Assembly: GCA_002427475.1 (NCBI GenBank)
Contig: DIRG01000012.1
Span: forward strand, 1 to 38,345
Length of the DNA: 38,345 nucleotides
Direction of reading: 5' to 3'
Source: Mageeibacillus sp. UBA5442
GTDB taxonomy: Bacteria > Bacillota > Clostridia > Saccharofermentanales > DTU023
Part shown: positions 17,929-24,553 of the stretch, piece by piece
Layout: each line of letters starts with the position of its first letter
How positions within the stretch are numbered: the first letter of the stretch is position 1
The notes under the pieces: model-generated
What the model was told of the DNA's origin: nothing
Database searches by the model: none
The model's input: the letters and a program-made list of their open reading frames with translations, nothing else
Program-made: the position numbers and the translations under genes

Positions 17929-19059
17929 ATGAAAACTAAGAAATTTGTTGCCTTATTGTTGGCACTAGTAATGCTACTTGGCGTTGCTGCAGCCTGCAAC
18001 GGAGAAAGTGGAGATGATCTTCACAAGGAAGGAAGACAGGACGCAGATGGTAAAGCAGAAATTGCATTAATCACTGACGTAGGCACCATCGATGATAAGT
18101 CTTTTAACCAGGGATCCTGGGAAGGTGTTGTCAAATATGCTATAGATAATGACAAGACCTTTAAGTACTTTCAGCCCACTGAGAAATCAGACGCAGCTTA
18201 TATCAACTCTATCAACCTAGCGATAGAAGGCGGAGCAAAGATTATTGTGACGCCGGGTTTCCTCTTTGAGGGACCGATCCATACAGTGCAGGACCAATTC
18301 CCGGATGTCCACTTTATCCTGATTGACGGATATCCTCACGCGGGTGATTTTGTTCCGGACATTTCGGACAACGTTATTGGAATTCTCTACGCTGAAGAAG
18401 AGTCGGGCTATCTAGCCGGCTACGCAGCTGTACACGAAGGCTATCGTGACCTCGGCTTCATGGGCGGCATGGCGGTTCCCGCTGTTGTTCGCTTCGGCTA
18501 TGGTTTTCTGCAGGGAGCAGATGATGCCGCTGCCGAATTGAACTTGGCGGCTGGTGACATCAATGTTAAATACACATATGTAGGAAATTTTGATGCCACC
18601 CCGGAGAACGAATCAATGGCTGCCTCCTGGTTCCAGGAAGGCACTGAAGTAATCTTCGCTTGTGGCGGATCCGTCGGCACTTCTGTTATGAAGGCCGCTG
18701 AGAAAGCTGACACGAAAGTAATTGGTGTTGACGTTGACCAGTACGCTGAGTCCGATACCGTTATCACCTCTGCTATGAAGAACCTGGAAAAGTCGGTTAA
18801 TGATGCTATTGCCAGTATCTACGATGACAGCTGGGAAGGCGGCAGGGCTGTGACGCTCGACGCCACTGAAGGCTACACCATGATCTCTATGGAAAATGCT
18901 CGCTTTGAGAACTTCAGTCAGAGTGACTACGACGCTGTTTATCAGAAATTAGTTGACGGCTCCATCGACATCACCAAGGATCAAGATGAGAACGGTGAAC
19001 AGATTTTGGAACCGACAGAAATCGCACTGGACATCGTGGCAGTGGAAAACATCAAGTAA
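17929..19059 (+). CDS. BMP-family nucleoside-binding ABC lipoprotein, system 2
   Basis: Signal plus lipobox MKTKKFVALLLALVMLLGVAAAC, preceded by TAAGGAGGT. BMP core IALITDVGTIDDKSFNQGSWEGV and LYAEEESGYLAGYAA. Start set at ATG 17929 rather than the track's 17860. Confidence 0.85.
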   Translation: MKTKKFVALLLALVMLLGVAAACNGESGDDLHKEGRQDADGKAEIALITDVGTIDDKSFNQGSWEGVVKYAIDNDKTFKYFQPTEKSDAAYINSINLAIEGGAKIIVTPGFLFEGPIHTVQDQFPDVHFILIDGYPHAGDFVPDISDNVIGILYAEEESGYLAGYAAVHEGYRDLGFMGGMAVPAVVRFGYGFLQGADDAAAELNLAAGDINVKYTYVGNFDATPENESMAASWFQEGTEVIFACGGSVGTSVMKAAEKADTKVIGVDVDQYAESDTVITSAMKNLEKSVNDAIASIYDDSWEGGRAVTLDATEGYTMISMENARFENFSQSDYDAVYQKLVDGSIDITKDQDENGEQILEPTEIALDIVAVENIK

Positions 19060-19086
19060 AGCTTGCTTCTTAGAAAGCAAAAAAAT

Positions 19087-19120
19087 GGGGGAAGCTGTTA
19101 AGGCTTCCCCTGTTTAATTT
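19087..19120. terminator. Bidirectional rho-independent terminator between convergent operons
   Basis: GGGGAAGC (19088-19095) pairs with GCTTCCCC (19103-19110). An A-run lies upstream and TGTTTAATTT lies downstream. Confidence 0.7.
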
Positions 19121-19153
19121 ATGGCAGTTTTACAGTCTTAACTTGTGCCCGAC

Positions 19154-21295
19154 TTAGCTTGCGATTGGGTTTCGCTGAAGCACAGGGGGTGTGGAACTTA
19201 AATCCCGAATGCGGAAGATGCGGAAGCAATTCAGGATGACCAAGAGAGTTACGCCGACATCAGCGAAAACTGCCAACCACATGGGCATGTAGCCGATTGT
19301 TGCTAAGAGGAGGAAGAGGAATTTCACTCCCAGTGCGAAGACTATGTTCTGACGTGCGATGCGCATGGTTTTTTTCGAAATCTTCAAACCCTTGAGCAGG
19401 GCGGACAGCTTGTCCTGCATGAGCACGACATCGGCCGCTTCTATTGCAGCGTCGCTGCCTAAGCCGCCCATGGCTACGCCTACATCTGCGATCATCAGAA
19501 CCGGAGCGTCGTTGATTCCGTCGCCGACAAAGCCGCTGCTACCGTTCGTTTCTTCGACTTTCGCTTTTTCCATCCAAGCCACTTTATCTTGAGGCAGCAA
19601 GGAGGCATGTACTTCTGCGATGCCGGCTTCCTTCGCAACTTCGCGGGCGAAAACTTCATTATCGCCGCTGAGAATTGCGATCCGCTCAACGCCTTCTTGG
19701 CGCAGTGCAGTTATGGTCTGTTGGGCTTCGTCCTTTAACTCGTCGCGGATGACGATGTGTCCCAGATAGCGGACCTTTTCCGCTGTAGGTACGGTGCTCA
19801 TTTCTTCATAGGTGCGCGTATCTCTGTAGGCGGGGATGATCGCCACATGGCTCATTGTCCATGCTTGGCCTTCACAGCCATCAGCGACAGCGCTTTCGTG
19901 TAACCCTAGCATTTTCATCAAGGCGGCATTGCCGAGATAGACGGTCGCCGGGAAGTCTACAGATAAATTCAAACCGTTGCTACTTTCGATCACGCCGCGG
20001 ATGCCGTGACCCGGAAGGGCGACGATGTCGGACAGACCTTCGGTAGATAAAGTGAAGCCGAGGGCTTCAGCGTGCTTGATGATGCTTTGGGCAATCGGGT
20101 GTGTAAAGCTCTGCTCTAATGTAGCGGCTAGTGCCACAAAGCGTTCTTCGTTAACATCTTCCTCAGCATGGGTGGCGATGACGCTGAATTCGCCTTTGGT
20201 CAGGGTTCCGGTCTTGTCAAAGGCCAGAGTCTTCAGGCGAGAGAGGTTCTCCAGATCGGTGCCGCCTCTGATGAGAACTCCGTGGCGCGAAGCCATGCCT
20301 AGGCCAGAAACGAAGGTGAGGGGAACCGAGATGACAAAGGCGCAGGGGCAGGAGACGACGAGGAAGGTGAGTCCGCGGTAAATCCAGGTCGAGAAATCTT
20401 GGCCGCTAAAGAGCAGGGGTGGAAGGACGGACACCAATAGTGCCAAAATCACGACGATCGGTGTATAGACACGCGAAAAGCGCCTGACTAACGTTTCGGA
20501 GTGGGCTTTACGCTGGGAAGCTTCTTCAACCATCGCCATAACGCGGCTGGCTGTTGATTCTGCATAGATAGTATCCGCTCTCATACGCAAGAGGCCGTCT
20601 CCGTTGACACTGCCGCTAAGAACCTTCGTGCCTGCGCTTGCCTCCAAGGGCAAGGCTTCACCGGTAATGGCTGCGGTATTGAGAGTGCTTCTGCCACTGA
20701 GAATAATTCCGTCGGTCGGGATAAGATCTCCCGCCTGAATCTCGAGAATGTCACCGATTGCGATGTTGACGGGGTCTATACGTTCGACTCCTTTTTCAGT
20801 GACGAGGTTGGCATAGGGAGCGGCAATATCCAAGAGGTCCGAAATCGATTTTTGCGATCTGCCGACGGCAAAATCTTCGAGGCGTTGGCCGATTTGATAG
20901 AGGATCATGACCAGAGCGGCCTCGGGATATTCACCTAGGATGACTGCGCCGACGGTGGCGACTGTCATGAGGAACTGCTCGTCGAGGATAAAGCCGGAGA
21001 AAAGTTTCTTCACTGCGCTGATCATGACTTCATAGCCGGCAAGGAGCCAGGCAAGAATTATCAAGGCGATGGAGACGGTGTCTTGGGCGAAAGCATATTT
21101 GAACAAAAGGCCAAGCAAGAAGGCGCCAATAGAAAGGAAGAGAAGGACAAGCTTAACGTTTGCCTGTCGCTCAGTTTTCGGCGGGGACTCATGACAACAG
21201 CCGCAGGAAGATAGGCCTCCCTGCGCTTCATTTGCACAGGAAAGGTCGACCTTGTGCTCTTCATGCTTTTCGTGAATTAGATTATTGTTTTGCAT
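19154..21295 (-). CDS. P1B-type heavy-metal-translocating ATPase, CPC type (Zn/Cd/Co/Pb class)
   Basis: Motifs DKTGTLT, GDGINDAP, TGEALP and the transmembrane SCPCAF. The last transmembrane segment reads ADVGVTLLVILN. No GMTCxxC ferredoxin-like domain is present. The N-terminus is instead His/Cys-rich (HEKHEEH, SSCGCCHE). Confidence 0.9.
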   Translation of the reverse strand: MQNNNLIHEKHEEHKVDLSCANEAQGGLSSCGCCHESPPKTERQANVKLVLLFLSIGAFLLGLLFKYAFAQDTVSIALIILAWLLAGYEVMISAVKKLFSGFILDEQFLMTVATVGAVILGEYPEAALVMILYQIGQRLEDFAVGRSQKSISDLLDIAAPYANLVTEKGVERIDPVNIAIGDILEIQAGDLIPTDGIILSGRSTLNTAAITGEALPLEASAGTKVLSGSVNGDGLLRMRADTIYAESTASRVMAMVEEASQRKAHSETLVRRFSRVYTPIVVILALLVSVLPPLLFSGQDFSTWIYRGLTFLVVSCPCAFVISVPLTFVSGLGMASRHGVLIRGGTDLENLSRLKTLAFDKTGTLTKGEFSVIATHAEEDVNEERFVALAATLEQSFTHPIAQSIIKHAEALGFTLSTEGLSDIVALPGHGIRGVIESSNGLNLSVDFPATVYLGNAALMKMLGLHESAVADGCEGQAWTMSHVAIIPAYRDTRTYEEMSTVPTAEKVRYLGHIVIRDELKDEAQQTITALRQEGVERIAILSGDNEVFAREVAKEAGIAEVHASLLPQDKVAWMEKAKVEETNGSSGFVGDGINDAPVLMIADVGVAMGGLGSDAAIEAADVVLMQDKLSALLKGLKISKKTMRIARQNIVFALGVKFLFLLLATIGYMPMWLAVFADVGVTLLVILNCFRIFRIRDLSSTPPVLQRNPIAS

Positions 21296-21325
21296 TAACT
21301 TTTTCTGCTCCTGAAAGAAGTAAGA

Positions 21326-21664
21326 TTATTCATTGATGTGCTCTTTGCCGACATCATAAAGGACTACTACGTGATCATCTGAGAGGCTGTAATAGATATA
21401 TTTTCCATCTCGACGTGACTTTACAAGGTTGTTATGGCGGAGGAGGCGCAACTGATGGGATATGGCCGAATCAGAAAGTGAAAGCAGTTCGGCCAAGTCG
21501 CTGACACAAAGTTCGTTCAGACGCAAGGCAGCAATTATTTGAACACGTGTGCTGTCGCCCATAACGGAAAACAAGTCTGCCAGTCGCGACATCTCTTCAT
21601 CGTGAGGCATTTCCTCTCTGATCGCTGATAAGTCACAGCGACAGTCGCTTTCTTTCTGTGTCAT
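21326..21664 (-). CDS. ArsR/SmtB-family metalloregulator with a complete alpha5 site
   Basis: 112 aa. Winged helix ELCVSDLAELLSLSDSAISHQLRLL. The C-terminal DDHVVVLYDVGKEHINE matches DxHx10Hx2E. An N-terminal CRC pair is present. RBS AGGAGG lies 6 nt upstream. Confidence 0.9.
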   Translation of the reverse strand: MTQKESDCRCDLSAIREEMPHDEEMSRLADLFSVMGDSTRVQIIAALRLNELCVSDLAELLSLSDSAISHQLRLLRHNNLVKSRRDGKYIYYSLSDDHVVVLYDVGKEHINE

Positions 21665-21728
21665 TATGATCCTCCTGTTTGTATTGTTATTAAAATATCA
21701 TTTCGATACTTGCTCAAGTGTTAAATTG

Positions 21729-21757
21729 ATAATACGAAACATCGTCCCTTTTGTCAA
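21729..21757 (-). promoter_or_regulatory. Sigma-A promoter of the arsR-ATPase operon (TTGACA-17-TATTAT on the minus strand)
   Basis: Minus-strand TTGACA equals plus-strand 21752-21757; TATTAT equals plus-strand 21729-21734; the spacer is exactly 17 nt. The 5-2-5 palindrome ACTTGCTCAAGT (21708-21719) just downstream is a candidate operator. Confidence 0.6.
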
Positions 21758-21780
21758 GAAAATTGACGGCACAAATGTGC

Positions 21781-21809
21781 TTGACGCTCTAATCCAGAAA
21801 AACTATACT
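21781..21809 (+). promoter_or_regulatory. Candidate promoter P1 upstream of the riboswitch (TTGACG-17-TATACT)
   Basis: TTGACG at 21781-21786, a 17-nt spacer, TATACT at 21804-21809. Confidence 0.45.
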
Positions 21810-21846
21810 TTAGCCACAAAGTCAATTTTCGTGCCAGGCACGAATC

Positions 21847-21873
21847 TTGACCACATAGAGTACAGATGATAAT
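21847..21873 (+). promoter_or_regulatory. Candidate promoter P2 immediately upstream of the riboswitch (TTGACC-15-GATAAT)
   Basis: TTGACC at 21847-21852 and GATAAT at 21868-21873. The spacing is short, but it places the start site at the 5' edge of the aptamer. Confidence 0.35.
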
Positions 21874-21875
21874 GA

Positions 21876-22076
21876 AAATTATCTGGGAAACAGGTGTGAA
21901 TCCTGTGCGGTGCCGCCGCTGTAAGCGATTTGATTAACTCTAGGCTCAGGCCAGCCACTGACGTTTTGTTGGGAAGGTGGGGTTAATGGTTTAAAACCGA
22001 TCGCAAGCCAGAAGACCGATCTGTATACTACAGAAGGATACAACGGAACATTGTTTCCCCTGAGCATGATATGTAT
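21876..22076 (+). promoter_or_regulatory. Cobalamin (B12) riboswitch
   Basis: Conserved core strings occur in the canonical order: GGGAA 21885, GGTG 21893, GAATCC 21898, CCGCCGCTGTAAG 21913-21925, GCCACTG 21954-21960, GGGAAGG 21971-21977, and the B12-box-like AAGCCAGAAGACC 22005-22017. The exact boundaries are approximate. Confidence 0.85.
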
Positions 22077-22112
22077 AAACGGCTACAAATCTAGGATTTG
22101 TAGCTGTTTTTT
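22077..22112 (+). terminator. Riboswitch expression-platform terminator
   Basis: Perfect 10-bp stem GCTACAAATC (22082-22091) / GATTTGTAGC (22095-22104), followed by TGTTTTTT. It lies 55 nt upstream of the ATG at 22167. Confidence 0.85.
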
Positions 22113-22166
22113 AATTTCTCAGGAGATAAAAGGAGACAAAAACTCATTATTTCGAAGGAGGAATTA

Positions 22167-24020
22167 ATGAAGAACAATTGGAGAAAGCATCTTGCTTTCA
22201 TCATCGCTTTTATTCTAATTCTGGCCACAGTGCTGCAAGCCTGCGCGCCGGCACAGACAGATCCTGACGGCAGTCAAACGATGGCAGATCCCACTGTGGA
22301 GTCAAGCTTGCCTTCTCAGCCAGTGGCAGAGACAGAAGTCAGCGAAGAACCTGATGGCGAGGAAGCGATCAGTGGCAGGTTCGTCCTTGCCGGAATCGCC
22401 GAGGATGCGAGCGCCGAGAATCCCTATCAGATCTGGCTGGATCTTCCCTTTTCTGCAGAAGAAGGCACTGATGCCTGGAGTCTGACCCAGGAGATTCTCG
22501 AAGAAAACGACTACGCTCTCGTCGAATCTGAATGGGGCAATCATATCCAAAAGCTCACTCCCCCCGCAGATTCCGGACAAGTCGAGGCCGAAGCCGCCGT
22601 GACGAATGGTCCCGATTCAAGCTGGATGTGGTCTTATAACGACAATGTCGATCAGCCTGCGCATGAATATTTGCTACAGGACGGTGACGTGATCCGCTGG
22701 TATTTCACCAATAACTGGGCTGATGACTACACTGGCCATCCCGAAACCCATTTTACTGACGAAGGCAATTCTGTGCAGGTCAAAGCCGATGCCGAAAGAC
22801 CTTCCGACTGGACAGCTTGGTGGTCCGCTTTTGCTTCTTCTATGGAGCACAACAACGTGAAAGAAATCGAACTCAGCCTCTCGGGCTTTGAGAGCGAAGA
22901 GCTCTTTACGTTCACACAAGAAGACGGAGACTGGTTCGATAGCTACTCAGATCCGCTACAGGTAGAAGAATGGATTTATCTGGTCTATTCCGACATTCTC
23001 TATAAAATCAATCAAGACGGAAGCATCGAAGATTCCGCTGCTCTGCAATTCCCGATCGATTCCAGTTCGCGCATAGCTTATGCCGACGGTCTCCTCTTAG
23101 TTCCCATGAAATACGGCAAAGTCCAAGCTCTGACTGCAGACAATTTGACTACAGCCTGGATTTCCGCTGCAGCCACCCAGATACTAGTGGAAGCCGAAGA
23201 CAGCCCGGGCAGCAAAGTGCCACATTTTCAGCAATCACTTAGCTCCCTGACTGTCGCGGATGGCCTTGTCTACCAAGCTCTCTGCACTGTCGGTTGGAGT
23301 GAACGCTCTTTCGGCGGCAGCTTTCGCGCGCTGGACCTAAATGACGGCAGCGTTGTCTGGGACTACAGTTCGGATGAGTCCGGCTTTTATTGGACCGGTG
23401 GAGCTATCCATGAAGACAGAATTTACGTCGGCAACGACAATGGTGAAATCATTGCCTTTGACCGCTTGACGGGAGAAATCCTTGAACAAAGCAGCTTACC
23501 CGCAGTAGATGGTCAGCCAGCTGCGATTCGTTCCAACATCGTGCTTCAGGACGACTTCCTCTTCTTTGTCTCAAAGGACGACGGCAGCCTCAATCGCATC
23601 GAAATTACTGACGGTAAATTGGGCAATCTCGAGCGCGTGCAATTCAGCGACAGCAGTACGGCCTCACCCACTATTCACGACGGCAAGGTTTATGTCGCCG
23701 GCAATAACAGCTTAGCTATCATCGATGCCGAGAGTATGCAGATTGAAAAAACTTACGAAATCGAAGGTTACATCCAGTCCACACCGCTCGTGCTCGAAGA
23801 CGGCAGCGGACGCGTATTTGTATATTTCACGATCAATAATGAAACAGGCGGCATCTACGGCGTCGCCACAGACAGTGACACAGTTCACACGGTTTTTACA
23901 CCTCACGAATCGCAGCAGAACTATTGTATGGCGACAGTGTCCGTGTCTCCCGACGGGACGCTCTACTACACGAATGATTCCCATACCTTCTTTGCGGTGC
24001 AATTGTTGGGGCTTAATTAA
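22167..24020 (+). CDS. Secreted lipoprotein: transcobalamin-like (DUF4430) domain fused to a PQQ/BamB-like beta-propeller
   Basis: Signal plus lipobox ILATVLQAC. Residues about 70-190 end in the DUF4430 signature SWMWSYNDNV...LLQDGDVIRWYF. The C-terminal half has repeated blade motifs (ADGLVYQA, EDRIYVGNDNGEIIAFDRLTGE, DGKVYVAGNNSLAIIDAES, PDGTLYYTN). RBS GAAGGAGG. Confidence 0.7.
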   Translation: MKNNWRKHLAFIIAFILILATVLQACAPAQTDPDGSQTMADPTVESSLPSQPVAETEVSEEPDGEEAISGRFVLAGIAEDASAENPYQIWLDLPFSAEEGTDAWSLTQEILEENDYALVESEWGNHIQKLTPPADSGQVEAEAAVTNGPDSSWMWSYNDNVDQPAHEYLLQDGDVIRWYFTNNWADDYTGHPETHFTDEGNSVQVKADAERPSDWTAWWSAFASSMEHNNVKEIELSLSGFESEELFTFTQEDGDWFDSYSDPLQVEEWIYLVYSDILYKINQDGSIEDSAALQFPIDSSSRIAYADGLLLVPMKYGKVQALTADNLTTAWISAAATQILVEAEDSPGSKVPHFQQSLSSLTVADGLVYQALCTVGWSERSFGGSFRALDLNDGSVVWDYSSDESGFYWTGGAIHEDRIYVGNDNGEIIAFDRLTGEILEQSSLPAVDGQPAAIRSNIVLQDDFLFFVSKDDGSLNRIEITDGKLGNLERVQFSDSSTASPTIHDGKVYVAGNNSLAIIDAESMQIEKTYEIEGYIQSTPLVLEDGSGRVFVYFTINNETGGIYGVATDSDTVHTVFTPHESQQNYCMATVSVSPDGTLYYTNDSHTFFAVQLLGLN

Positions 24021-24031
24021 GGAATGATTTT

Positions 24032-24517
24032 ATGCCGGTAAAGATAAGAAAAAAAGATAAGCAGCGTTCTGATCTCCGCCTTCTGACGCTGCTTCTAGTA
24101 CTCATTCTTCTAGTCGCAACTGCTTGCCAGAGCCAGGAGGAGGCAGTCTCGGAAGGCAGTATCGAGGTTCTCCTGTCCGTTGATTGCAGCAATGCAGTAG
24201 CGGCGGGGGTGCCGGGAGCAGATACCTACGAGCCGGATGGTGCTGTTTTAACTGAGGCTAAGATCCTCGTGGCTGAGGAGAGCTCCGTCTTGGATACACT
24301 GCAAGCGAGCGATTTGATCGTCAACACCAGCACGGCTGTCCTCGGCGTTTACGTAAAGAGTATCCAAGGGATCAGCGAAGGCAAAGGGGGCTGGATTTTC
24401 TCTATAAATGGAGAATTCCCGCATACATCAGCTTCGAATGTGCCTGTTGAAGCGGGCGACGAAGTAGCCTTTTATTACACCGTGACTCCGGGCGATGTGC
24501 CCGGCTCACCCTACTAA
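24032..24517 (+). CDS. Small DUF4430 (transcobalamin-like C-terminal domain) lipoprotein
   Basis: Signal plus lipobox LLVATAC. Carries the signature GKGGWIFSINGEFPHTSASNVPVEAGDEVAFYY. Confidence 0.7.
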   Translation: MPVKIRKKDKQRSDLRLLTLLLVLILLVATACQSQEEAVSEGSIEVLLSVDCSNAVAAGVPGADTYEPDGAVLTEAKILVAEESSVLDTLQASDLIVNTSTAVLGVYVKSIQGISEGKGGWIFSINGEFPHTSASNVPVEAGDEVAFYYTVTPGDVPGSPY

Positions 24518-24553
24518 AGCTTGTGCTTAAAAAGCGCAGCTAGGACGAAAGAT

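Noticed and set aside
21666-21869. 67-aa plus-strand ORF in the divergent promoter region
   Set aside because: It is AT-rich, has no RBS, and spans three promoter-like elements and the arsR leader. It is very likely non-coding.
21879-22067. 62-aa minus-strand ORF in the intergenic region upstream of 22167
   Set aside because: It lies exactly over the cobalamin riboswitch aptamer and has no RBS. The RNA element explains the sequence conservation better.
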